Below, one piece after another: positions 42,434 through 51,603 of a DNA stretch of 64,000 nucleotides (position 1 is its first letter; each line of letters starts with the position of its first letter). Below the pieces are notes generated by a model. That model was given only the letters and a program-made list of their open reading frames with translations, did not search any database and was not told the origin of the DNA. Source of the DNA: an uncultured Acidobacteriota bacterium. GTDB lineage: Bacteria; Acidobacteriota; Thermoanaerobaculia; Multivoradales; UBA5704. A program made the position numbers and the translations under genes. The stretch covers positions 4,288,001-4,352,000 of the forward strand of contig OY969474.1 in NCBI GenBank assembly GCA_963700145.1. The letters run 5' to 3'.

Positions 42434-43891
42434 GTGCCCTTCGACCCGCAGGAGTTCCTGCTCCTGGCGCCGGAGATCCTGCTCTCTCTCGCCGGCCTGC
42501 TGCTGCTCCTCGTCGGCACGATCGGGCGCGGCTTCGAGAACCGCGAGTCGGCCTTCGTCTCGCTGGCGGCGCTGGGGCTGACCGCCGCGGTGCTGATACG
42601 CCTCCACCTCCAGGTGCCGGGGCCGCTGCGCATCCTCGGCGGCATGTTCGTGCTCGACGGCTTCGCCTTCGTCTGGAAGCTGCTGGTGCTCCTGGCGACG
42701 GCGGTGACGGTACTGCTGTCGATCCGCTTCCTCGAGGAGGGGCGCTACCGGCCGGCCGAGTACTACTCGCTGCTGCTGCTCGCCACCGCCGGCATGCTCT
42801 TCATGGCCAGCGGCGCGACGCTCCTGGTCATCTGGATCTCGCTCGAGACGATGGCGCTCGCCAGCTACGTCCTGGCCGGCTACTTCAAGCGCGAGCTGCG
42901 CTCGACCGAGGCGGCGCTCAAGTACTTCATCCTCGGCGCCATGTCCTCGGGGGTGCTGCTCTACGGCATCTCGCTGCTCTACGGCGCGGCGGGGACGGTG
43001 GACCTCGGCGAGCTGTCGCAGCGGCTGGTGATCGCGAACGACGCCGGGAGCCTCCTGGTGCCGCTCGGCTGGCTGCTCCTCGCCGCCGGGCTCTTCTTCA
43101 AGGTGGCGGCGGTGCCCTTCCACGTCTGGACGCCGGACGTCTACGTCGGCGCCCCGACGCCGGTGACCGGCTGGCTGGCGGCGGCCTCGAAGGCGGCCTC
43201 GTTCGCCATCCTGGTGCGGATCTTCTACCAGGGGCTGATCACGCTGCAGGTCGAGTGGCAGTGGATCGTGGCCCTGGTCTCGGTCGCCTCGATGGTGTGG
43301 GGGAACCTGGCGGCGCTGACGCAGACGAACGTCAAGCGCATGCTCGCCTACAGCTCGATCGCCCACGCCGGGTACGTGCTGATCGGCGTCCTCGCGGTCT
43401 CGGAGATCGGGCTCTGGTCGGTGGTCTTCTACCTCCTGACCTACAGCTTCATCACCCTCGGTGCCTTCGGCACCGTGATCCTGCTCGAGCGGCGGGAGTA
43501 CGCGGGGGAGACGCTCGCCGACTACGCCGGGCTGGCGCGGCGCTCGCCGTTCCTCGCCGCCATGATGCTGCTCTTCCTGATCGCCCTGACCGGCATCCCG
43601 CCCACCGGCGGCTTCGTCGGCAAGGTCTACCTCTTCGCCTCGGCGGTCCAGTCCGGCTGGGCGTGGGTGGCGATCGTCGGTGTGGTGATGAGCGCCGTCT
43701 CGCTCTACTACTACTTCGGCGTCGTGGTCTCGATGTACCTCAAAGAGCCGACCGACACGACGCCGGCGCCGCTGCCCTCACGCAGCATCCGCTTCGCCGT
43801 CGCCTTCTGCGCCCTGGTGACCCTGGCCATGGGGATCTACCCGGGCCCCTTCATCGACTTCGCCAAGACCGCTCTCTTGCCGCTGCCGTAG
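42434..43891 (+). CDS. nuoN: NADH-quinone oxidoreductase subunit N
   Basis: EAALKYF, FKVAAVPFHVWTPDVY.GAPTP, KRMLAYSSIAH. Confidence 0.97.
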   Translation: MPFDPQEFLLLAPEILLSLAGLLLLLVGTIGRGFENRESAFVSLAALGLTAAVLIRLHLQVPGPLRILGGMFVLDGFAFVWKLLVLLATAVTVLLSIRFLEEGRYRPAEYYSLLLLATAGMLFMASGATLLVIWISLETMALASYVLAGYFKRELRSTEAALKYFILGAMSSGVLLYGISLLYGAAGTVDLGELSQRLVIANDAGSLLVPLGWLLLAAGLFFKVAAVPFHVWTPDVYVGAPTPVTGWLAAASKAASFAILVRIFYQGLITLQVEWQWIVALVSVASMVWGNLAALTQTNVKRMLAYSSIAHAGYVLIGVLAVSEIGLWSVVFYLLTYSFITLGAFGTVILLERREYAGETLADYAGLARRSPFLAAMMLLFLIALTGIPPTGGFVGKVYLFASAVQSGWAWVAIVGVVMSAVSLYYYFGVVVSMYLKEPTDTTPAPLPSRSIRFAVAFCALVTLAMGIYPGPFIDFAKTALLPLP

Positions 43892-44050
43892 ATTGGCACG
43901 ACGCGGCGCCCTTTCGGCGTACTCCGGCCGTCCCCGGCGGAGGACGGAACGGCCAGCTCCCGGGCGCTGGTCCCGAGGAACGGGGCCGGTGACCCCTGGC
44001 ACCGCATGTGCGTATGCCATAGGCGGAGCCGACTGTCGGAAGGAGTCAGC

Positions 44051-44677
44051 ATGCTCAGCGAGGCAGCCGACCATCAGAAAGGTTGGGATTTCGAAGCGGC
44101 AGCGATGCCCTTCGTGGACGCGCTGTACAACACCGCCTACCGGATGACCCGCAATCCGGAGGACGCGGAGGACCTCGTCCAGGAGACCTACCTCAAGGCC
44201 TACCGCTACTACGACAAGTTCGAAGAGGGGACCAACTTCAAGGCGTGGCTCTTCAAGATTATGAAGAACACGTTCATCAACAACTACCGCAAGCGGCAGC
44301 AGTCCCCTGCCTTCTCGGACTTCGCCGACATCGAGGAGTCCTTCGAGAGCCAGGTCAACGAGGACAGCGTGCGGCAGATCAGGAACCCGGAGGAGGAGCT
44401 GCTGGAGAACGTCCTCGACCAGGACGTCCAGCTCGCCCTCGACCGACTGCCGCCCGACTACCGGATGGTCGTCGTCCTGGCCGACCTCGAAGGCTTCTCC
44501 TACAAGGAGATCGCCGACATCCTGGAGGTGCCGGTCGGCACCGTCATGAGCCGGCTGTACCGCGGGCGGCGCCTGCTGGAGGCGGCGATGCTGGAGTTCG
44601 CCCGCGACCACGGCTACCTGCGCGAGGGGGTCGAGCCGACCAAGATGCGCAGCCGCAAGGCGGCCGTCGCGGAGTGA
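44051..44677 (+). CDS. ECF sigma factor, SigR/SigH-like
   Basis: [58 protein letters not shown]; AGGAG SD before ATG 44051. Confidence 0.92.
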   Translation: MLSEAADHQKGWDFEAAAMPFVDALYNTAYRMTRNPEDAEDLVQETYLKAYRYYDKFEEGTNFKAWLFKIMKNTFINNYRKRQQSPAFSDFADIEESFESQVNEDSVRQIRNPEEELLENVLDQDVQLALDRLPPDYRMVVVLADLEGFSYKEIADILEVPVGTVMSRLYRGRRLLEAAMLEFARDHGYLREGVEPTKMRSRKAAVAE

Positions 44678-44777
44678 GGGGACGGCCGCGGAAATTTTCG
44701 CCTCGGGTCGGAGAGTTGATTCCCACGGCTGACAATGACGTCCCATCCAAAGGAACACCCCAGGCTCCGCGGAGGAG

Positions 44778-45023
44778 ATGATGGACTGTAAAGTGGTCGG
44801 AGACTCGATCTACCTGTTCTTCGACAACGAGCTGGACCAGGCGCTCCTCGCCCCGTTCCGCAGCCACGTGGACGGCTGCGGCACCTGCTCGCGGCAGGTC
44901 GACTACACCCGCAAGCTCCTCCTGTTGGTCCGCGAGAGCGTGCGCTGCAACGCCCCCGACCGCCTGCGCCTCCGCATCCTGACCGACATGCCCCACCGGG
45001 GCGGCCTCGAGCGCTCCGTCTAG
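44778..45023 (+). CDS. Soluble zinc anti-sigma factor (zf-HC2/RsrA-like)
   Basis: C-x25-HVDGCGTC ZAS motif, APDRLRLRI, no TM. Confidence 0.88.
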   Translation: MMDCKVVGDSIYLFFDNELDQALLAPFRSHVDGCGTCSRQVDYTRKLLLLVRESVRCNAPDRLRLRILTDMPHRGGLERSV

Positions 45024-45037
45024 CGGAGAACCCCACC

Positions 45038-45520
45038 ATGCATCGTGCGACGACCTTCAACGGCCTTGGCCGCGGCGCAGCGGCCTGCGCGCTGGCGCTG
45101 GCGGCGCTCCTGGCCGCCGCGCCTCCGGCCGCGGCGCAGGGCGTGCGGCTCACCGGGCTGGGCGGCGAGCGGCTCTCCGACGCCGACCTCGCGCAGGGGA
45201 CGACCATCGTCGTCGTCTGGGCGTCGTGGTCCCCCAAGTCTCGCGACATCGTCGCTCGGGTCAACCCCATCGCCCAGCGCTGGGGCGGCCAGGCGCGCGT
45301 CGTCACGGTCAACTTCCAGGAGGACCGCGCGGCGGTCGAGGGCTTCCTCGCCGGCAAGCAGCTGGCGGTGCCGACCTACCTCGACCAGGACGGCGCCTTC
45401 TCGAAGCAGTACACGGTGGCCACCCTCCCCGGTCTGCTGATCCTCAAGAACGGCCAGGTGGCCTTCCGCGGCAAGCTGCCCGACGACCCGGACAGCGTCA
45501 TCGCCGGCGCTCTTCAGTAG
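45038..45520 (+). CDS. Exported TlpA/ResA-like thioredoxin-fold protein lacking CxxC
   Basis: Signal peptide; VVVWASWSPKS replaces WASWCxxC; YTVATLP cis-Pro loop. Confidence 0.8.
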   Translation: MHRATTFNGLGRGAAACALALAALLAAAPPAAAQGVRLTGLGGERLSDADLAQGTTIVVVWASWSPKSRDIVARVNPIAQRWGGQARVVTVNFQEDRAAVEGFLAGKQLAVPTYLDQDGAFSKQYTVATLPGLLILKNGQVAFRGKLPDDPDSVIAGALQ

Positions 45521-45571
45521 GGCGCGTAACGCGTCGCAGTAGGCGCCGCGGTCCCGCCTGCGCGCCCCCTC

Positions 45572-45612
45572 AAGCCTGCGGCAACCCTCAACCCCTGAGG
45601 GTTGTGGGGCTT
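45572..45612. promoter_or_regulatory. Intergenic inverted repeat (terminator or operator)
   Basis: CAACCCTCA ... TGAGGGTTG stem with outer AAGCC/GGCTT arms, just upstream of a TGcTAGCTT extended -10-like box. Confidence 0.4.
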
Positions 45613-45689
45613 AACCCTCCTGTGCTAGCTTCCGCCGGTCAACACCTAGGTCTTCGCTTCGGGTCACATACTGGGGGAGGTTGCGCCGC

Positions 45690-47075
45690 ATGCTGCAACG
45701 GAAGGTCAAGCTCGGCTCCCGCGCCCTGCGCCTCGCCTGTCCCGCGGTCCTGGCGCTCCTGGCGGCGGGCCTGGCACTGACCACCGAGAGCCTCGAGGCC
45801 TACAGCCGCTCCCCCTTCCCCCTCCTCCCCGCCCCCCGCTTCAACGAGATCCTGGCCGAGAGCGTGACGCTGCCCGACGCGGCGAGCCCGCTGCTCGACC
45901 GCGCGCGGGTGCCGGTGGAGTTCACGCTGCTGCGCGGGGAGACGGTCTCGGAGGTGTTCGCGAAGCTCGGGCTGGAGACGGCCGAGGCCCGCCACGCCAC
46001 CAACGCCCTGGCCGCCCACGTCGACCTCCGGCAGCTGCGCGCCGGCAACCGCTACTCCGCCTTCTTCAACCCCGATTCGAGCCTCGCCTCCTTCGAGCTG
46101 ACGCTCGAGGGGAGCGGGCGCGTGGGGATGAGCCGGGCGGCGCAGGGGTGGAGCTCGTACTGGCAGCCGTTCAAGCGGACGATGGAGCTGCGCGCCCTCT
46201 CCGGCAAGCTGCACGGCTCGCTCGACGCCTCGATCCGCGCCGCCGGCGGCCCCGCCGAGCTGGCGTACAAGATGGCCGACATCCTGCAGTGGGACCTCGA
46301 CTTCACGCGCGACCTGCGCGCCGGCGATGGCTTCGAGGTGCTCTACGAGGAGATCCGCCTCGAAGGCGAGGTCGACTCGATCGGCACCGTCTACGCCGTC
46401 GCCCTGGAGAGCCGCGGCCGCCGCCACGAGGCCTACCGCTGGAACGAGGGCGGCGTCTTCTACGACGGCGAGGGACGGCCGCTCAAGAAGATGTTCCTGC
46501 GCTCGCCGATGCGCTACTCCAACATCACCTCCCGCTTCTCCCACCGCCGCTTCCACCCCGTCCTCAAGCAGTACCGGCCGCACTACGGCGTCGACTACGG
46601 CGCGCCGACGGGGACGCCGGCGCGGGTGACCGCCAACGGCGTGGTCGCCTCGGCGGGCTGGGACCGCGGCGGCGGCAAAGTCGTCAAGGTGCGGCACGCC
46701 CAGGGTTACCTGACGGCCTACCTCCACCTCTCGCGTTTCGCCAAGGGGATCCGCGCCGGGGCGCGGGTGCGGCAGGGGGACGTCATCGGCTACGTCGGCT
46801 CGACCGGCCTCGCCACCGGCCCGCACCTCGACTACCGGGTGCAGCATCACAACCGCTGGATCGACCCGCTGTCGCTCAAGAGCGTGCGCGACGAGCCGAT
46901 CCCCTCGGCCAAGCTCGCCTCCTTCCGCGCCTACCGCGACGAGCTGCGCGAGGCGATGGCGAGCGGCGTGGCGCCGCGGCTCCTCCCCGACCCGGCCGGC
47001 GATCGCGGCTACGCGCTCGCCGCGGCGGCGCCGGCCGAGAGCGCGCCGGCGCCGGCGACCCGCAAGGCCCGCTGA
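45690..47075 (+). CDS. M23 peptidoglycan DD-endopeptidase (MepM-like)
   Basis: HYGVDY, YLHLS, STGLATGPHLDY. Confidence 0.92.
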   Translation: MLQRKVKLGSRALRLACPAVLALLAAGLALTTESLEAYSRSPFPLLPAPRFNEILAESVTLPDAASPLLDRARVPVEFTLLRGETVSEVFAKLGLETAEARHATNALAAHVDLRQLRAGNRYSAFFNPDSSLASFELTLEGSGRVGMSRAAQGWSSYWQPFKRTMELRALSGKLHGSLDASIRAAGGPAELAYKMADILQWDLDFTRDLRAGDGFEVLYEEIRLEGEVDSIGTVYAVALESRGRRHEAYRWNEGGVFYDGEGRPLKKMFLRSPMRYSNITSRFSHRRFHPVLKQYRPHYGVDYGAPTGTPARVTANGVVASAGWDRGGGKVVKVRHAQGYLTAYLHLSRFAKGIRAGARVRQGDVIGYVGSTGLATGPHLDYRVQHHNRWIDPLSLKSVRDEPIPSAKLASFRAYRDELREAMASGVAPRLLPDPAGDRGYALAAAAPAESAPAPATRKAR

Positions 47076-47121
47076 GCCGGCCGGGCGGGCGCCGCCGACC
47101 CGTCCATCCTCGCCTGCCGCG

Positions 47122-48099
47122 ATGCCGACCGTCCGCGCCTGGTGCCGCGTCGACCTGGCCGGCGGCACGCTCGACATCTGGCCGCTCGGCCTCCTGCACC
47201 CCGGGGCGCGCACCGTCAACCTGGCGATCGACCTCGCCGCCACCGTGGCGCTGGCGCCGGGCGCCGGCAGCTACCGCGTGCGCCAGGGCGACGAGGTCGT
47301 GGAGACCGCGACCGCCGCCGAGCTGGCGCGCTCGCCCGCGGCGCTGGCCGGCGTCGTCGCCGAGGCGCTCGAGCTGCCGCCTTTCGCCGCGGAGCTCGCC
47401 AGCGACTCGCCGCGCGGCGCCGGCCTCGGCGCCAGCTCGGCCCTGGCGGTCGGGCTGATCACCGCGGCCGAGGTCTGGCTCGGGCGCCCGCGGTCCGCCC
47501 CGGCCGCCGTGGCGGCGCTGGCGCGCGACCTCGAAGCGCGCTTGATGGGGCTCCCCACCGGCGTCCAGGACCACTACCCGGCTCTCCTCGGCGGCGCGCT
47601 GGAGATCGAGCCCGTCCCCGGCGGCGAGCGGGTGCGGGCGCTGGCCGCCGATCTCGACGCGCTCGGCGAGAGTCTCCTCGTCGTCTACTCCGGCGTCAGC
47701 CACTTCTCGGCCGGCCAGAACTGGCAGGTGGTGCGCCGCCGCCTCGACGGCGAGCCGGAGATGATCGGGCTCTTCGCCGGCATCGCGGCGGCGGCGGCGG
47801 AGGTGCCGGCGGCGCTGGAGGCGGGGGACCTGCCGCGGGTGGGGGAGCTGATGACGCGCGAGTGGAGCTACCGCCGCCACCTGGCCGACGGCGTCTCGAC
47901 GCCCGAGCTGGAGAGCCTGCTCGCGCTCGCCGCGTCGCTCGGCGCCTGGGGCGGCAAGGCCTGCGGCGCCGGCGGCGGCGGCTCGGTCGCCCTGCTCTGC
48001 CCGCCGGAGCGGCGGCAGGCGATCGCGGCGGCGCTCGAAAGCGCCGGCGGCCGGGTGCTGCCGGCGCGGCCGGCGCTCGGGCCGCTCGCGGTGGAATGA
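47122..48099 (+). CDS. GHMP sugar kinase (HddA-like heptose-7-phosphate kinase)
   Basis: RVDLAGGTLD, PRGAGLGASSA, GVQDHY, GGKACGAGGGG. Confidence 0.8.
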   Translation: MPTVRAWCRVDLAGGTLDIWPLGLLHPGARTVNLAIDLAATVALAPGAGSYRVRQGDEVVETATAAELARSPAALAGVVAEALELPPFAAELASDSPRGAGLGASSALAVGLITAAEVWLGRPRSAPAAVAALARDLEARLMGLPTGVQDHYPALLGGALEIEPVPGGERVRALAADLDALGESLLVVYSGVSHFSAGQNWQVVRRRLDGEPEMIGLFAGIAAAAAEVPAALEAGDLPRVGELMTREWSYRRHLADGVSTPELESLLALAASLGAWGGKACGAGGGGSVALLCPPERRQAIAAALESAGGRVLPARPALGPLAVE

Positions 48100-48115
48100 C
48101 CGGAGGTGGCTGAGA

Positions 48116-49513
48116 TCAGCGGGACTGGATGCGGCGCTCGAGGACTTTCCAGGCCTGGTCGAAGCCGAACGCCTCGCTGGTGACCAGCCGACGGATCGGG
48201 CTCCAGCCCGTCCCCTGCGTCTCGATGTAGCGGATCTCCGGCCCCATCACCCAGGCGATCAGGCTGGCGCGCCCGTCCACCGAGGAGTAGATCGTCGTCG
48301 GCGCGGCGCCGGTGTGCGGCGCGGGGCGGTCGGCGAGGACGCGGAGCTGCAGCAGCGGCACGGGGCCGGCCGTCGCGGTCTCCCCTTCCTGGGCCAGCTC
48401 CTCGATCCGCTCGGCCGCCGGCTCGCCGGCGGTGGCGGCCGCGGTGGCCGCCTGCACGCCGTGCTCCAGCACGCCGGCGCCGGCCTCGATGACGCGGGCG
48501 CGCACCGCTGCGGCGAGGGTGCTCTTGGCGCCGACGGCGAACTTCTTGCCGCCGCCGATGATGTGGGCGCGGAGGTCGTCGCCGAGGAAGGTGAGGAGGC
48601 CGCGGTGCAGGCGGTAGCCGCCGCCGATGATGTGCGCCCGCAGCACGTCCGCCAGCGCGGTGACGTCGGAGCCGGCAGTGATCGCGAACCCGCCGCCGAT
48701 GATGTGGGCGCGAAGACCGTCGGCCAGGGCGCTCAGCTCGCCGGCCAGCAGGCTCGCCTCGACGACCAGCAGCCGCCCGGTCGCCGGGTTGGCGAAGGAG
48801 ACGACGACGCTGTGGTCGTTGCGCCCGGCCTGGACGCGCGGCGCCTGGAGGAGCTGCTCGGTCACCCCGCCGATCGTCGCCTCGACGGCCGGCCGGTCGA
48901 GCCCGCCCAGGGAGTAGATCGGGTTCCAGCCCACGTAGGCGCCGTTGAGGAGCAGGATGGGCGCGTAGTTGACCTTGTCGCCGTCCCCGCCGGCCTCCCA
49001 CCAGACGAGGTGGAGGACGGTCCGCCGCACGCTGCGCTCGACCCCGTCCCCGCCGGCGAACCGGAACTCGTCGCGGGTGACCGCGAGCTGCGGCGCGCTC
49101 TTGGCCGCGAAGGGGTTGCCGACGACCTCGATGACCTCGCCCCATTCGCCGTCCTTGAAGCTGGCGAGGTAGAGCACCGGGTGGATCTGGTTGACGATGC
49201 TGCGCCAGACCAGGAAGAGGGAATCGGAGGCTGCCTCGTAGACCAGCGCGGGCGAGTCCTCGACCTCGCCGCCGGCGGTCTTCGGCACCAGCAGCCGCTC
49301 GATCGCCGCGTCCGGCCGCGCCACGTCGAGCGCCAGGACGGTGTCGTCCGCAGCCGCCGCGGCGCCGCCGGTGAAGAGCGCGCCGTAGCTGCCGGCGGCC
49401 ACCGTGTAGACCTCGCCGCCGCCGCCCAGGGCGGCCTGCCGCTCGGCGGCCGCGGCGCTGCCGGCGAGGAGCAGGCCGGCGGCGGCGAGGAGGGCAGTGG
49501 AGCGGGCGGGCAT
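48116..49513 (-). CDS. Secreted hypothetical protein with three LRAHIIGGG repeats
   Basis: Sec signal peptide, beta-rich N- and C-parts, central helical repeat insert. Confidence 0.8.
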   Translation of the reverse strand: MPARSTALLAAAGLLLAGSAAAAERQAALGGGGEVYTVAAGSYGALFTGGAAAAADDTVLALDVARPDAAIERLLVPKTAGGEVEDSPALVYEAASDSLFLVWRSIVNQIHPVLYLASFKDGEWGEVIEVVGNPFAAKSAPQLAVTRDEFRFAGGDGVERSVRRTVLHLVWWEAGGDGDKVNYAPILLLNGAYVGWNPIYSLGGLDRPAVEATIGGVTEQLLQAPRVQAGRNDHSVVVSFANPATGRLLVVEASLLAGELSALADGLRAHIIGGGFAITAGSDVTALADVLRAHIIGGGYRLHRGLLTFLGDDLRAHIIGGGKKFAVGAKSTLAAAVRARVIEAGAGVLEHGVQAATAAATAGEPAAERIEELAQEGETATAGPVPLLQLRVLADRPAPHTGAAPTTIYSSVDGRASLIAWVMGPEIRYIETQGTGWSPIRRLVTSEAFGFDQAWKVLERRIQSR

Positions 49514-49517
49514 CGGA

Positions 49518-50414
49518 TCAGGCCTTGAGGTTGATCATCTTGCGGACGTCGATCGCCATCAGGAACTGCGGCAGATAGCCGGCGTCCGGGTAGAAGCGCC
49601 GCTGCAGGCGGCCGAAGTAGTCGCCCGCGAGGTCGTGCTCGCCGGCCAGGTTCGCGGCCTCACCGAGCAGGAAGAGAGCGTTCTTGATCGCCTCGGAGTA
49701 CTGCGCCGCCTCGGCCGCCGCCAGCGCCTGCAGGCCGTACTTGACGGCGCTGCGAAGACGGCCGACCTCGAGGTGGGCGTAGCAGAGGTCGAGGCAGGGA
49801 TAAACCTTGTAGGCGCCGTGGTGGTGGAGGACGCGCAGGCTCGCGTACAGCAACCGGAAGCCTTCCTGCAGCCGTCCCTGGACCACGTGGGCGTAACCCA
49901 GGTTGTCCTGGATGAAGGCGCGCCAGACCGGGGACGCCGCCGGCGCGAGCCGCAGGGCCTCCTCGTACTGCTCGCAGGCCTGATCGAAGAAGCTCTCCGC
50001 CAGCAGGAGGTTGGCGCGCAGGTTTTTCGACCACGCGAGCCACTCCGGCCGTTCCACCTGCTCGGCGCGGTCGTGGGCGATGCGGGCGTAGAAGGCGGCC
50101 TTCTTGTGCTCCTTCTTGAGCTCGTAGGAGCGGGCGATGTTGTAGGCGGCGCGGTAGCAGCTCTCGTCGTCGGCGCTGCGCATCAGGATCTGGCGCAGCT
50201 CCGGCACGCGGGCGTCCCCGCGTCCGAGCTCGATCTCCACCGCGGCGTGGTGGCAGAAGGCGCGATCGATCGCCGGTGCGTCCCCCGCTGCCTGCGCCAG
50301 CCCGAGCAGGCGCTCGAACTGCGCCTCGGCCTCGTCCAGCCGGCCGGCCTCGAGGCTGCTCCGCGCTTCCGCGCTCAGCCGCTCGAGCTCCGCCACGTTC
50401 CCCGCTCCGCTCAT
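49518..50414 (-). CDS. Cytoplasmic TPR-like all-helical protein
   Basis: Repeated TPR-type helices (NLGYAHVVQGRLQEG, ALFLLGEAANLAG). Confidence 0.85.
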   Translation of the reverse strand: MSGAGNVAELERLSAEARSSLEAGRLDEAEAQFERLLGLAQAAGDAPAIDRAFCHHAAVEIELGRGDARVPELRQILMRSADDESCYRAAYNIARSYELKKEHKKAAFYARIAHDRAEQVERPEWLAWSKNLRANLLLAESFFDQACEQYEEALRLAPAASPVWRAFIQDNLGYAHVVQGRLQEGFRLLYASLRVLHHHGAYKVYPCLDLCYAHLEVGRLRSAVKYGLQALAAAEAAQYSEAIKNALFLLGEAANLAGEHDLAGDYFGRLQRRFYPDAGYLPQFLMAIDVRKMINLKA

Positions 50415-50438
50415 CCGACGCGCGCCTTCACCCGGTCC

Positions 50439-50798
50439 CTAGTTCTCGTCCTGCCGGAGATGCTGCAGCCGCTTGAAGGTGATGAAGTCTTCGACCTCGC
50501 GCTGCGCCTCGTCGGGGAGGGCCTTGAAGTCCTGGACGACGCGGGCGTCGCGGGGAGTGAACGTCTCGCTCGCCAGCTCGTCGAAGAACTCGCCCATGCT
50601 CAGCTGGAACTCGGCCAGGATGCGGAAGAGAGTGTCGAGGCTGACCCGGTACTCCCCCTTCTCCATGCGCGAGAGGTCCGACTGCTGGATGCCCAGACGC
50701 GCCGACAGCTCGGTCTGGGTGAGCTTGTGCTCCTTTCGCAGCTTGCGGATCTTCTGACCGACGAGCTGCACCTGCCGGATCTTGTGCACGGTGGCCAT
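50439..50798 (-). CDS. XRE-family HTH transcriptional regulator
   Basis: VGQKIRKLRKEHKLTQTELSARLGIQQSDLSRMEKG. Confidence 0.92.
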   Translation of the reverse strand: MATVHKIRQVQLVGQKIRKLRKEHKLTQTELSARLGIQQSDLSRMEKGEYRVSLDTLFRILAEFQLSMGEFFDELASETFTPRDARVVQDFKALPDEAQREVEDFITFKRLQHLRQDEN

Positions 50799-50808
50799 GA
50801 ATCGTGTG

Positions 50809-50839
50809 ATTATGGCATAACGGGATTCCGGAATGTCAA
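50809..50839 (-). promoter_or_regulatory. Promoter/operator in 34-bp divergent gap
   Basis: Minus strand TTGACA ... TGcCATAAT; palindrome TTATG-G-CATAA (50810-50820) overlaps the -10. Confidence 0.5.
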
Positions 50840-51603
50840 GGCACCTTTTCCTCCTGCGTGAGCTGGTCCGGCGGGACTTCGCCGCCCGCTACGCCGGGTC
50901 CTCCCTGGGCTGGCTCTGGTCGTTCCTGCAGCCGCTGTGGATGCTGGCCCTCTTCTCGTTCGTCTTCTCGGCGGTGCTGAAGACGCCGCTCCTCGGGCAG
51001 CGCACCGGCAACTTCGGGGTCTTCCTCTTCTGCGGCCTGCTCCCCTGGCTGGCGGTCCACGAGGGACTGGTGCGGGCGACCACCGCGATCACCGACAACG
51101 GCCACCTGATCAAGAAGCTGCGTTTCCCGCCGGAGATCCTGGTGCTGGCGGTGGTGGTCACCTCCCTGCTGCAGCAGCTCATCACCTCGGCGCTCTTCAT
51201 CGCCATCTTGGCGTGGCTGGGGGAGCTGTCGCTGCCCACCCTGCCGCTGCTGCTGGTGGCCCTGCCCGTGCAGCTCGGGCTGATGGTGGGCCTGGGCTCG
51301 CTTTTCGCCGCGGTCCACGTCTTCCTGCGCGACACCTCGCAGCTGCTGGGGCTGGTGCTGCAGACCTGGTTCTACCTGACCCCGATCGTCTATCCGCTGG
51401 AGGCGGTGCCGGAGCCCTACCGCGACTGGCTGCGCCTCAACCCGCTCGTCGCCCTGGTGGAGCTCTACCGGCAGGCGTTCCTGGGCCCGGGCTTCAGCCG
51501 GGTGGAGGGGCTGGGCTGGCTCGCGGCCTTCACCGTGGCCGCGGCCTGCGCCGGCACCCTCCTCTTCCGCCGCCTCAAGCCGGTCTTCGTCGACGAGATC
51601 TAG
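50833..51603 (+). CDS. ABC-2 polysaccharide export permease (Wzm/RfbA-like)
   Basis: RDFAARYAGSSLGWLW, LIKKLRFP, RD..QL, WFYLTPIVYP, LNPL, FVDEI. Confidence 0.88.
   Translation: MSRHLFLLRELVRRDFAARYAGSSLGWLWSFLQPLWMLALFSFVFSAVLKTPLLGQRTGNFGVFLFCGLLPWLAVHEGLVRATTAITDNGHLIKKLRFPPEILVLAVVVTSLLQQLITSALFIAILAWLGELSLPTLPLLLVALPVQLGLMVGLGSLFAAVHVFLRDTSQLLGLVLQTWFYLTPIVYPLEAVPEPYRDWLRLNPLVALVELYRQAFLGPGFSRVEGLGWLAAFTVAAACAGTLLFRRLKPVFVDEI

Noticed and set aside
43945-44010. SigR-type autoregulatory promoter
   Set aside because: Two GGAAC pentamers are present but no convincing GTT -10 element at the expected spacing.
45218-45241. Selenocysteine recoding in the thioredoxin-like gene
   Set aside because: The active-site codons are TCC and TCT, not TGA.
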